Made by a program: the position numbers and the translations under genes. Below the pieces are notes generated by a model. The model made no database searches and was not told the DNA's origin. It was given only the letters and a program-made list of their open reading frames with translations. From contig NC_057718.1 of NCBI RefSeq assembly GCF_004010195.1, positions 15,970,555-16,031,231 of the forward strand: a DNA stretch of 60,677 nt, read 5' to 3'. The number at the start of each line of letters is the position of its first letter. Position 1 is the stretch's first letter. Positions 1 through 11,989 of the stretch are shown here, piece after piece. This DNA comes from Chiloscyllium plagiosum (lineage: Eukaryota).

Positions 1-1393
1 CTGAAGCTGCCTCACAGCTTCCTGCACTTCTTGCTCCGATAATGGGGTATTGAGAAAGGACTGTTGTTCGGGAGTCACACCCGGAAGCTTCAGATCTCTA
101 AAAAAGGATTCCATTTTGGCCTGCCCGTCCTCACAATTCTCAGACTGATATAACTTAGAGTAGAATCTCTGGAACGCCACATTAATCTGTTTAGAATCAC
201 ATGTTAGGTTCCCAGACCCTTCCCTAATCGCTGAAATGGTTTATGGGGCACTTCTCTTTCTGGCAAGGTATGCTAAGTATGTGCCTGGCTTGTCACCATG
301 CTCATATAACCTTTGCTTAGCAAAAACCAGCTCCTTCTTTGCCGTCTGCGTGAGCACGGATTTTAGTGCAGACCGCAGTGCCGTAATCCTCTGTAGTTTG
401 ACCAACGAGGGTCTGACAAAATAGGCCTTCTCGACTGCCTTCAACCGTGCTTCAAGGAGACGTTGCTGCTCACCCTTCTGCCGCTTCCTACTGGTTGAAT
501 ATGAAATAACTAACCCCCTGGCATAAGCTTTGGCAGTTTCCCAGAGAACAAATGAGCTATCAACCGAGCCCAAGTTGATGTCTAGTAATGTCCGAAATTC
601 CCTAGAGAAATACTCCACAAACGTACTGTCCATGAGAATAAAGGGATCCATTCGCCAGTACCTTGAATCTTTAATCTTAACCATGAGGTACACTGGAGCA
701 TGATCAGAGATGGCAATATTACCAATCGTACAGGATGCCACCAGATCCAGGGTTACCGTAGGGGTCAGAAAAAAATCAATCCTCGTGTGACATCTGTGCG
801 GATTGGAGATAAACGTGAAATCCCTACCTGTAGGGTGGAGACACCTCCAGACGTCCACCAACCCTAATTCCCCACACAAACCCAATAATTGTTTAGTTTG
901 TGCAGAGGGTATCGAGGGACCTTTAGGCAACCTGTCTATTGTGGGGTCCACGAGGCTGTTAAAATCTCCCCCTAGATTTTAAGTGCCGAGACTTGAGACT
1001 TATCAGTTTAGAAAAAGCATCTACCAAGAATTTAAGAGGATGAGCTGAGGGACAATAAACATTTAAAATGCCATATTCTTCCCCATTTATCAAGGCTTTA
1101 AGAATTACAAACCTCCCGTATGTGTCTTTAACACATTCCAACAATTTAAATGAGAGATTTTTCCAAACCAATACAGCCACTCCCCTACTTCTGGTATTAA
1201 ATGATGAAAAATAAATTCGGTCAAAGCCATTCTGCTGTAATTTCAGATGCTCCTTGTCATCCAAATGTGTCTCCTGTAATAAAGCAATATCCATCTTCTC
1301 CTTTCTAAGACTCAAGAGTACCTTTTTCCTCTTAATTGGTGAATGACTTCCCTTGATATTCCAGGCACACCATTTCATCAAATCATTCGCCAT
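1..1393 (-). pseudogene. L1 ORF2p N-terminal part (APE endonuclease and linker), frameshifted
   Basis: WNIKG, DIALLQETHL, GRFVIL, LNVY in 959-1405; DVWR, TRIDFFL, ISDHAPV, WETAKAYARG, YEHGDKPG in 241-951; frame break near 955. Confidence 0.92.
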
Positions 1394-1998
1394 AATCTTC
1401 TGCAATTATATTTAAATTCCAGAGAGGAGGAACCCGAACCACAAATTGCTGAGCCTGAGTGGTAGCATGGTCCACCAAATATAAAACTACATAAACTAAA
1501 ACCACTACATTTAACAAATATACAAAATTATTAAAAATAAAAAACAACAAAAACCAGAAAACAAACCAATATATAAAGCACCAATAGCGCTGAGTAGGGG
1601 AACTCACCCCCTGCCCGGACGGGGCAACTACCTGTCCCGAACTGCCCATAAATAGGCATCTAACCATCCCAACCACCTTCACTTCTCCCAGCCAGAGCCG
1701 CAACGCAAGCACAAGCTAAAAAGAATAAAACCCCATAGAATATCAATATGAATAAAAAACATTCTTTTATTTAAAAAAGGGGGAATAAATACCCCACCCA
1801 TCCTTTGGTATGTCCTAACTTAGAAATTTAAAATGTACATCTTAACCGCCTCCAGACATAGTTTGAACCAAATTATTATCAATAGAGGGAAAAAAAGGGG
1901 GAAAAAACAAAGCTTCAACCGGATTTCCTCTATTTCTTTTACAGAATGATAAACGCATACTGAAGCAACAATATTTATACATACTACAATTGTTAAAA

Positions 1999-2579
1999 TT
2001 AGGTTAGTTTGTCCACAAAGTCTCTTGCCTTCTCCGATGTGTCAAAGAGATGCATGGATCCATCTAAGGTGATCCGAAGCACTGCCGGATATCTCGGAGT
2101 ACTGAATCCCAAGCTCTCCTTCACTTCAATCCTCTCATGCCAGTTTCGAAGTCAAGGAATTTCGGAAGCCAATCTTCAACAAATTCCGCAGGCTGCTCAC
2201 CTTCCTTACCCTCAGGCAGACCGATGATCCGAATGTTTTTTCTCCTGCCCCTGTTTTCAAGATCATCCACTTGGTCACGCAAATTACGAACCTGCGTCTT
2301 CAGGGCTTGGATCTCTTTCTTGAATGAACTGGCATCAGCTTCCACCACTGTGACCCTGTGCTCCACCTCATCCGTCCTCTTCTCCAGGTCTCCCAGCTGC
2401 TGCTCATGCTTCTGCAGCATGAGAGAGATTGGAGCCAGCTTCTCTTCAATCTGTTTCCCCAACATCTTGCGAGATTTCGACAGCTGGTTCACCAAGTCGT
2501 GGAGAGTAATGGGCTCCGAGGCTGCTGCAGGCTGAGCTGCAGGCCCAGCCTCGGATGCTCCTCCTCCCTTTTTAGGCAT
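1999..2579 (-). pseudogene. L1 ORF1p remnant with an internal deletion/frameshift near 2121
   Basis: MPKKGG...coiled coil...DDLENRGRRKNIRIIGLPEGKEGEQPAEFVEDWLPKFL, then jumps to a C-terminal-domain-like segment ...YPAVLRITLDGSMHLFDTSEKARDFVDKLT* (stop at 1999-2001). Confidence 0.85.
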
Positions 2580-2744
2580 TTCTGGACAGCTGGAAATACA
2601 GGTAAGTCAATTTATAAATGTTTCTTGGGGCTCCACAATCTTTCCATCGCCCCAAGAAATCCTGATGACCTGGAATGGGCGGGTTAAAGGACCGTCCTGC
2701 AGCTGCTGTGATGCGAAGCTCTGCAGTGCGATCTTCTCAGATCG

Positions 2745-2754
2745 CCGCCATCTT
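2745..2754 (-). promoter_or_regulatory. YY1-like motif (AAGATGGCGG) in the L1 5' UTR internal promoter
   Basis: The + strand reads CCGCCATCTT about 10 nt from the element's 5' G-run, the position of the YY1 site in mammalian L1. Confidence 0.6.
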
Positions 2755-3423
2755 AGATCCCCCGGTGTAATGTATTTAATTGTATTATATCATGAGTCAA
2801 AAAACATAGCTTCAAATTATTTTTGATACAATATTTAATGTTGCAACATTTAATTGGTTTGTCTGAAAACAGGTGTCCGAGGCCAAGCCAGTCAATTCAA
2901 ATACAAACATTGTAATTTTCTTTCCCAAATATATTTTTAATTGTCAGATTTTGTTTTTGAAATGTAACCGTTATTTAAATTTTGATTGGTCCAAGTCTAA
3001 GGAAATTTATTACCCTATCTTTTTCAAATTAGTGATTCCATCTGGAGTCTTTGAAGAGAATTAATGGGGTCAGACATTTCCTTAATTGGCAAGAAAATAA
3101 AAAAAAACCATCATGGAAGAAACAAGGAACTAGCTAAGCTTCAGGACTACTGTGAAAGTGTATGTCATTGTTAATGCTATTATTTGTTCGAAGTATAGTT
3201 TAATAAGTTGTTTTGCACTTAAAATCCAAAAGGTGTACTACAGTGTTATTCTGCCACCTTTTGAAGATCAGGACTTAATGAAAACACTCTATAGAACCTG
3301 TAGCTAAGATAACATGAGATTGCATCTGTTTGTGTGTGTTGTCTAGGCACACAGAGATCAAGAACACAGAAAAAGTGGTCGGGTCATGTAGAGAATACAT
3401 TATTGGACAAATAATCCAGAGAA

Positions 3424-3627
3424 GCGCAGCAGGTCAGGTAGCATCGAAGGAACAGGAGAATCGACGTTTCGGGCATAAGCCCTTCATCAGGAATGCCCTT
3501 CCTGAAGAAGGGCTTATGCCCGAAACGTCGAATCTCCTGTTCCTTCGATGCTGCCTGACCTGCTGCGCTTTTCCAGCAACACATTTTCAGCTCTGATCTC
3601 CAACATCTGCAGTCCTCACTTTCTCCT
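3424..3627 (+). mobile_element. Short Penelope-derived palindromic element with minimal hammerhead ribozyme cores on both strands
   Basis: 16-bp direct repeat CAAATAATCCAGAGAA at 3408-3423 and 3628-3643; inverted arms 3422-3493 and 3499-3570; CTGAAGA-A-GGGC-TTAT-GCCC-GAAA-CGTC at 3502-3529. Confidence 0.85.
3499..3532 (+). ncRNA. Putative minimal type I hammerhead ribozyme
   Basis: CUGANGA core, 4-bp stem II, GAAA, GUC cleavage triplet, short stem I (TTC/GAA). A mirror copy with CTGATGA lies on the minus strand at ~3460-3493. Confidence 0.65.
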
Positions 3628-4129
3628 CAAATAATCCAGAGAATACAAATTGAAATTCCATCAAGATGGATTGAAACAATTTTATAATAAAAAGTTGGAT
3701 CAGTAAGTTACCATGAATCTATTGAAACATTATTAAAACCTGATGGTTCACTGATATTCCTTGAGGAACTTAAGCTGTACTTACCTTCTGTGGAGTATAC
3801 ATAACTTCAGTCCCTTGTCAATGTGGTTACCTCTTAACAGCCCTATTAAGGATTAGAGAGTTGTCAAGTGCAAGTAACACTGAACAACAAAAAAAAAACA
3901 AAACAAAATTTAAATCAGAATGTTGTGCAGTATTTATGGAAAGAGAAACATTAACGTTTTGTCACAGAACTGAGATGTCAACTCTGATTGTCCTCAACAA
4001 TACATTCTTTGTCCAATGACATAATTATTACATTTGCAGATCACCAATGCTTTTTTTAACTAGAATTCACAGGATATTGTTTTTTGATGGACAGTATATT
4101 CCAAATAATTTTTTTTGTTCGGTATTACA

Positions 4130-4645
4130 CCATATAGAGTCATAAAGCATGGAAACAGACCCTTTGATCCAACCAGTCTGTGCTGATCATAATCCCAAAC
4201 TAAACTAGTCCCATCTGCCTGCACTTGGCCCATATCCCTCCAAACATTTCTTACTCATGTATCTGTCCAAATGTCTTTTAAATGTTGTAACTGTACCCGC
4301 ATCCACCACTTCCTCTGGTTGTTTATTCCACACATGAACCATTGTCTGTGTAAAAAGGTTGCCCCCCCCGTGTCTTTTTAAATCTTTCTCCTCGCATCTC
4401 ATCTTAAAAATATGCTTCTCATCTTGAAACCCGCCACCCTAGGAAAATCCACCTGCCATTTACCTTTACTGTACCCGTCACAATTTTATAAAGGTCATAA
4501 GGTTTTCTGTAAGGTCACCCCTCAACTTCCTATGTTCCAGTGATAGAAGTTCCAGCCTTTCTAGCCTCTCCTTATAATTCAAATGCTCCATTCCTGGCAA
4601 TATCCTGTTAAATCTTTCCTGAACCCTCTCCAGCTTAATAATATC
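4130..4645 (-). mobile_element. CR1 LINE 3' fragment
   Basis: Degenerate ORF2 C-terminus (FTQ..V.VWN..PEEVVDAGTVTTFKRHLDRYM) and a TCTATGAC-type tail. Confidence 0.85.
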
Positions 4646-4649
4646 TGAA

Positions 4650-6272
4650 ATCACTTTGTGACATGCAGGAAGCTCAAGATTCAGGAATCACTGGAGTCAG
4701 AAAGTGTCCCAGAGGACTGAAAGTGGCTATTGTAATGCCCCTATTTAAGAAGAGAATAAGGTATAAGGCAGGACATTATAGGCTAGTTAGCCTGACCTCA
4801 ACAGTTGGTAAGATTTTAGAGTGCATTTTAATAGATGAGATTGCAGAGTATTTGGAAATGCATGGTAAAATAGAAATGAGTCGGCATGGGTTCATCAAGG
4901 GGAGATAATGCCTGACAAATCTGTTAGAGTTTTTTGAGGAGGCAACAAGGAAGGTAGATAAAGGAGAGCCACGGACATGATCTGTTTAGATTTCAAGAAG
5001 GCCTTTGACAAGGCGCTATACAGGAAGCTGCTAAATAAGATAAAAGTCCATGGTGTTACAGACAAGGTACTGGCAAGAATAGAGGCCAGGCTGCCTGACA
5101 GAAGGCAGAGACTGGGGATAAAGTGCTCTTTTCTAGGATCACATCCAGTGACTAGTGGAGTTCCGCAGGGGTTGAAGTTGGGTGCACAGCTTTTCATGTT
5201 GTACAGTAAAGGGTTTTCATTTGCAAGATTTTGAAATTAATAATAAACACTTTTGAATAATATAAATTTAATTTACTGTTAGATGTATGATTCAAATTAA
5301 AAATAAACATATTTTGATTAAAGGATGGAAGATGAGGGCATTTCTCAGACATCACCACATTCATTATAGTATAAGTGATTCCTAACACATCAAGATTAAA
5401 AATCCTGCTGTAAAAGAAAATTCTCTTTTCAACTATTTAATGGAAAGCTTGAATAAATTTCTCATTGTCATTTTTAATTATAGTGCCAAAGAGATTAGGC
5501 TGTAAAGTTCACAGTCTGTAAAATGGTACAACCTGGTGGCTCAGTGGTCAGCACTGCTGCCTCACAGTGCCAGGGACCTGGGTTCAATTCCACCCTTGGG
5601 TGACTGTGTGTGTGAAGTTTGCACATTCTCCCCATGTCTACATGGGTTTCCTCCCACAATCCAAAGATGTGCAAGTTAGGTGGATTAGCCATGCTAAATT
5701 GCCCATAGTGTCTCGGAATGTGTAGGTTAGGTGGATTAATGATGTGAAATGCGGGGTTACAGGAATAAGGTAGCGAGGTGAGTCTGGGTGGAATGCTCTT
5801 TGGAGGGTCAGTGTGGACTCAATTGGCTGAATGGAATGCTTCCATGCTGGAGATATTCTGTTAGCAATCTGGACGAAGGAACTGAGGCCATTGTTGCAAA
5901 GTTTGCAGATGACACAAAGAGGAATAGAGGGACAGGTAGTGTTGAGTAAGTGGGGAGATTGCAGAAGGAGGCTGCAGGCTAGGAGATTGTGCAAAGAAAT
6001 GGCAGATGGAATATAATGTGGGAACGCGTGAGGTTATGCACTTTGGTAAGAAGAACACAGGCGTGGATTATTTTCTAAATGGGGAAAGGCTTAAGAAATC
6101 TGAAGCACAAAGTGACTTAGGAGTCCTGGTTCAAGTTTCTTTTAAGCTTAACATGCAGATTCAGTTGGCAGTTAGGAAGACAAATGCAATGTTAGCATTC
6201 ATTATGAAAGGACAAGAATATAAGAGTATGCATATAATGCTGGGGTTATACAAGGCTCTGGTCAGACTGTAT
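4650..6272 (+). mobile_element. CR1 LINE RT fragments, interrupted by other sequence and an HE1 SINE
   Basis: PLFKK..YR.VSLTS.VGK, LDFKKAFDK, SGVPQG (4663-5234); FADDTK and later motifs (5870-6270). Confidence 0.85.
5525..5860 (+). mobile_element. HE1-type (V-SINE) tRNA-derived SINE
   Basis: A box TGGCTCAGTGG, B box GGTTCAATTCC, V-domain-like GGGTTTCCTCCCACAATCCAAAGATGTGC, CR1-like 3' end. Confidence 0.88.
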
Positions 6273-6274
6273 TT

Positions 6275-9250
6275 GTGTACAATGGACTTTCTTTAGTTTG
6301 GATACTTACTTTCCTTTCACTGTTCTATTCTCCATCCTTCTCAAGTTCATGGGGATGATGCAATAAAAAGTGTGCTTTTAACGATCAGCTCATAATCATC
6401 AACCATGAGAGCTGCCTGGCTAACAGTTACAAGTCTGTAGTCTTCAACATGGATATTAATTATTAAAAGGGGTAAGTTTTAAAATTCTTCTAGGAGAATG
6501 ATTTCTCTAAAAGCTTCATATGTGGTATTTACTCTTAATACCTGTCAACTTTGCTTGGCTCTTCCAAATTGAATTGAGGTTTACCCATTGAACATGGAAC
6601 ATTACAACGTAGTACAGGCCCTCCAGCCCTCGATGTTGCACCGACCTGTGAAACCAATCTGAAGCCTATCTATTCTACACTATTCCATTATCATACATAT
6701 GTTTATCCAATGACCATTTAAATGCCCTTAATGTTGGCAAGTTCACTCCTGTTATAGGCAGGGCTTTCCACACCCTTACCACTCTCTGAGTAACGAACCT
6801 AACTCTGACATCTGTCCTATATCTATCATCCCTCAATTTAAAGCTATGTCTCCTTGTGCTAGCAATCATCATCTGAGGAAAAAAGCTCTCACTGTCCACC
6901 CTATCTAATCCTCTGATCATTTTATATATCTCTATTAAGTTGCTTTTCAACTTTCTTCTTTCTAACGAAAACAGCTTCAAGTTCCTCAGTCTTTCTTCAT
7001 AAGCCCTTCCATCCATACCAGGCAACATCCGAGTAAATCTCCTCTGCACCCTTTCCAAAACTTCCATGTCCTTCCTATACCCCGGTGACCAGAACTGTAT
7101 GCAATTGTAAGACAAAAAATAAGTCCCAAAGGAAAACTGAACATTCCCTAAGCAAAGCAAATTGACAAGTAGAACACCATAAATTTATGCATTACTGTCA
7201 AGAAGTTTCTATGGATTACAACTCTAGTAAATAAAAATTATTCTAGATAGATATGAACTGGTTCCAAGTGTGGCTGCACCAGAGTTTTGTACAGCTGCAA
7301 CATGACCTCATGTCTCTGGAACTCAATCCCTCTACCAATAAAAGCTAACACACTTTAACAACCCTATCAACCTGGATGGAAACTTCCAGGGATCTATGCA
7401 CATGGACACCCGAGATCTCTCTGTTCGTCCACAATACCAAGAATCTTACGATTAGCCCAGTACTCTTTATTCCTGTTACTCCTTCCAAAGTGAATCACCT
7501 CACACTTTTCTGCATTCAATTCCATTTGCCACCTCTCAGCCCAGCTCTGTAGCTTATCTATGTCCCTCAGTAAACTGCAACATCCTTCTGCACTGTCCAC
7601 AACTACACTGACCTTATTGCCATCAGCAAATTTGCTAACCCATCCTTCTACGCTCTCTCCAGGATATTTATATAAATGACAAACAGCAGTGGCCCCAAAA
7701 CAGATTCTATTGGTACACCATTAGTAACTGAACTCCAGGATGAACATTTCCCATCAACCACCACCCTTTGTCTTCTTACAACTAGCCAATTTCAGATCCA
7801 AACCACTAAATCACGCTCAATCCCATGCCTCCGCATTTTCTGCAATACCCTACCGTAGGGAACCTTATCAAACACCTTACTGAAATCCATACACAACACA
7901 TCAACTGCTTTACCCTCATTCACCTTCTCAAAGAACTAATAAGGTTTGTGAGGCCTGACCTACCCTTCACAAAACTGTATTGACTATCCCTAATCAAATT
8001 ATTCCTTTCTAGATTATTATAAATCCTATCTCTTATAATCCTTTCCAATGTTTTGCAGAAGTAAGGCTCACTGGTCTATAATTACCAGGGTTGTCTCTAC
8101 TCCCCTTTTTGAACAAGGGGACAACATTTGCTTCCTCCAGTCTCTTGTAGACAATGAAGACATAATGATCAAACCCAGAGGCTCTGCAATCTCCTCCCTG
8201 GCTTCTCAGAGAATCCTAGGATAAATCCCATCTGGCCCAGGGAACTTATCTATTTTCACACATTCCAGAATTGCTAACACATCCTCCTCATGAACTTCAA
8301 TCCTGTCTAGTCTAATGGCATTTATCTCAGTATTTTTCTCGATAACATTGTTTTCTTCCTGTGAGAATACTGATGAAAAATATTCATTTAGCACTTCTCC
8401 TCGGACTCCAGGCACAGCTTCCCACCATTGTTCTTGACTGGCCCTAATCTTACTTTAGTCATTCATTTATTCCTGACATACATATAAAAGCTTTAGAGTT
8501 TTTCTTGATTCCTGCCAAAGACTTCTCATGTCCCCCTGGTTCTTCTTAGGTCTCTCCTTAGATCCTTCCTAGGATCAGGCTGCTTCTTCAAATTTCAAAA
8601 CCTTTGACTGCGTGCTTTAGGAACCAGTTCATATCCATCTAGAATAATTTTTATTTACTAGTGTTGTAATCCATAGGAACTTCTTGACAGTAATGCATAA
8701 ATTTATGGTGTTCTACTTGTCAATTTGCTTTGCTTAGGGAATGTCCAGTTTTCCTTTGGGACTTATTTTTTGTCTTACAATTTTCTCAAATAAAATATAG
8801 AATGCCTCCACATCGATTCCATCAGACTTTGATAGATTCTGTACAAATGTGAATATTTCCCAATTGGACTTTAGATTATGGCTTGGATTTTTCAATCAGA
8901 ATCTTCATAAGCATTTGATGAGTCTTTTTTTTAAGACTGCATTATTGTAACCAGTATTTCCCATCTTTCTCATCTTTATCCCTTCTTTATCCTTTTCTCT
9001 CTCCCGAATGTCTAGTTCCAGTCTCTTAAATCCGCTCCCTTTTTCCTCTCTGAAGTTCTCCTTCTCTTTGTTTTTCTTCAAGCTCACATCTTTTATGTTC
9101 CTTCTCAAGCTGCCTTACTTCTTTCTCCTTTTCATATTCATATTTTAATAATTGAATCATTGCTAACTCAATTGTCTTAGGACACTATGTACTTCATCCC
9201 TCCTGTATTTCTATCAGAAAAATATGATTTTCCAATATTTCAATTACCTC
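6275..9250 (-). mobile_element. Gmr1-like Gypsy gag relic with a SCAN-like capsid region, split by a CR1 insertion (pieces ~6275-6590 and ~8570-9250)
   Basis: Minus-strand reading across frameshifts: charged coiled coil (8905-9108), DVEAFYILFEKIV, ENWT..QSKLT, ILDGYELVPKARSQRF.NLKKQPD; then, beyond the CR1, TYEAFREIILLEEF and HVEDYRLVTVSQAALMVDDYELI. Confidence 0.75.
6590..8570 (-). mobile_element. CR1 LINE, 5'-truncated (RT to 3' tail)
   Basis: ORF2 pieces LNEYFSSVF, PGPDGIYPRIL, LQSWAERWQM, QFWSP..RKD...LERVQRRFTRM; ATGTTC-type tail near 6595. Confidence 0.92.
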
Positions 9251-9550
9251 TGCCATCTTAGATCTGGCAGGCAATTCTGACTCTAATTTGTTTGCCAATT
9301 ACATCAAATTAGCTTTTGTTAGATCTTATAAGCCCATTTTAGATAATTCTTCTAACAGCAGAATGGTTTGGCTGTTCCTAATACTATCTTGCTATAATAT
9401 GAGAAACTTAGTACCTGTCCTGTTAGCCTTTTACCACAAAACACCATCTCTACATCCAATTTTACATTATCCTCATTCAAAAGATCTTGGACCTACAAAC
9501 CCCAAACTGAGAAGACTATGCTGATAATCACACTATACTGTTCCACAAGT

Positions 9551-10403
9551 TGTCACAAAATATATAATGTATAAAATAGCTTGAAACCAGCAAACATGTC
9601 TAATTTTTCTGACTGCTACTCAGGACAAAAATAATTCACACCAATTTTTTTGGGTAATAGTGACATAAAAAACTCTATTTATTCTAACACAATTAATTTT
9701 AATAAGAACAGTGAAAAGAAAGGATTTCTAATTTACGCAACTTAAATGATATCCCTTCAAAATGCTAAATACGCATATACTCAATCACAATGAAGATAGA
9801 TAAAAGACAAACAGTGTTGCACATATTTGTGGGTGCAAAATGAATATAGACAGGAGAAACAAAATTTTGAAATGAGAAGTCCAGACCACAAGGTGGCAAG
9901 TTATTTTTGTCATGATCTTTTGATGCTTGTGACAATGATACACTGTTGTCTGTAGGATGATGTTATTCTCTGATTATATGGTGGATCAGGTGAACCCTGG
10001 TTTTTTGATTGGATGAATTCCTTTCAAGCTTTCTCATTTTTTTTCTATCTTTTTTCCATCTGGAGAAAAATAAATAGAGAAAGACTGAATTTTTTCCCTC
10101 TCTGCAGGCTCTGGATGTGTTTCACGCTGCTGCTGTTAGCATTTTCAGCTTTTTAACGCTCTGCAGTTCAACCAATCAGAGGGCTTTTGTCAGGCAGAAT
10201 TTCCTTAATTTAAAATATTCTTGAAGCCACTCAGTCTTGAATTCTCCCCTCATTGTTCCCAAAAAGAAATTGTGTTGCATAGCTCAACATTATACAATAT
10301 TTGATTTTCAAGTTGCAATCATTTCCTGACATTCCAGTTATATCAGATCAATTTCCATTTCAATTTCATGTCCCAAAATTTAAACATATCGTGATGTACT
10401 ACA
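9551..10403 (-). mobile_element. Probable LTR associated with the Gmr1-like gag relic
   Basis: TGT...ACA termini; sits immediately 5' (minus-strand sense) of the gag relic. Boundaries uncertain. Confidence 0.4.
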
Positions 10404-11054
10404 GGTGAGGAACATTTGTCCACCTTAGGGAGGAGTGGCAAACAGGAGAATGGGTTTTGAAGTATCGGCAGATTGGAAAGAAGGGAGGAGGACTATCTAT
10501 TCCTCCAATAGACAACAAGAAACCTCCAAAGTTAGTAGCTGCACACTCATACCTGCAGTTTTAAAATATTTCAGAAATAAAATGGGCTGTCCACTCCTAC
10601 CCACTGTGTACACTAATCATTTAATGGCGTCGACAACATAATATTGACATCAGTCAAGCTTCTAACAAACTCAATTAACCCTTAAGTATTAATTTAGCGA
10701 TTGTGGGTGTTTTACTAATTTAGTGAGCCCTGGGGTGGGTTTGAAGATAGTGGGCTAGCCATCAAACGTATTTTGTATGCCCCTTTGTAATATCCAGCTT
10801 GTGTTTTCATTGAGAAAGAAGCACTATTAACAGCTTGGACATGAGAGAAATTTTCTGGTTACAGTTTAGACCTACCTGTTAAGGTTGAAACTGCTCACAA
10901 GGTTTTGGCAAATTTATTGAATCCAAAGATACTGATTGCAATATTACTGGGTTACAGACTATGTATAAGGGAAAAACCAGATTACTGCTGACACTATATC
11001 AAGGATACCAGTTGACTCCTCAGTGGAGGAAGGTGAAAAATTAATTCATCAAGT

Positions 11055-11885
11055 CCAGGAAATGGCTGATGAAATTCAACATGAGCAAACGTGAGGTCTT
11101 GCACTTTGGAAAAAAGAATACAGGCATAGACTGTTTTCTAAAAGGTAAGAAAATTCATAAAGCCAAAGTACAAAGGGATCTGGGAGTGCTAGTCCAGGAT
11201 TCTCTGAAGGTTGACTTGCAGGTTGAGTCCATGGTTAAGAAAGTAAATGTAATGTTGTCATTTATCTCAAGAGGGTTGGAATATAAAAGCAGCGATATGC
11301 TTCTGAGATTTCATAAAGCTCCAGTTAGGCCCATTTAGAATACTGTGTCCAATTTTGGGCCCCACACCTCAGGAAGGACATACTGGCACTGGAGTGTGTC
11401 CAGCGAAGATTGACACGGATGATCCCTGGAATGATAGGCCTAACATACAATGAACAGCTGAGGATCCTGGGATTGTATTCATTAGAGTTTAGAAGGTTGA
11501 GGGAGATCTAATAGAAACTTACAAAATAATGCATGGCTTAGAAAGGGTGGATACTGGGAATTTGTTTCCGTTAGGCAGGGAGACTAGGACCTGTGGGCAC
11601 AGCCTTAGAATTAGAGGGGGTCAATTTAGAACGGAAATGAGGAGACATTTCTTCAGCCAGAGAGTGGGGGCCCTGTGGAAATCATTGCCACGGAGCGCAG
11701 TGGAGGCTGGGACATTAAATGTCTTCAAGGCAAAGATTGATAATTCCTTGCAAGATCAAGAATTTAAGGGCTACGGGGAGAGTGGAGGGTAAGTGGAGCT
11801 GAAATGCCCATCAACCATGATTAAATGGCGGAGTGGACTCGATGGGCCAATTGGCCTTACTTCCACTCCTATGTCTTATGGTCTA
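11055..11885 (+). mobile_element. CR1 LINE 3' fragment
   Basis: FN.SK.EVLHFG..., FFSQRV..LW.SLP; tail CCTATGTCTTATGGTCT. Confidence 0.92.
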
Positions 11886-11989
11886 AGTTGAGGCCTCTGC
11901 AGCCTTAACCAATCATAATTTGCCAACCATAGTGAAGAAGAAGCAGGAATTTTGTGAACCTCAATTGCCTGATAAATAATGTGGACAGA

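Larger units (their letters stand above)
1..2763 (-). mobile_element. L1 (LINE-1 clade) retrotransposon, 5' half, running off the left edge; inactivated
   Basis: Minus strand begins GGGGGATCTAAGATGGCGGCG (G-run plus YY1-like motif, as at L1 5' ends). It is followed by ORF1 (coiled coil then RRKNIRIIGLPEG), a ~600-nt U-rich spacer and an ORF2 APE endonuclease. Confidence 0.93.

Noticed and set aside
1383..1712. 109-aa hydrophobic ORF that looks like a membrane protein
   Set aside because: It arises from the U-rich L1 inter-ORF spacer and has no recognisable domain.
3408..3643. CRISPR-like or prokaryotic RT/defence system
   Set aside because: No repeat-spacer array or operon structure; all RT and nuclease motifs belong to eukaryotic retroelements.
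5525..5600. tRNA gene (A and B boxes)
   Set aside because: It is the tRNA-derived head of an HE1 SINE, with the SINE body following; the same applies to the other copies.
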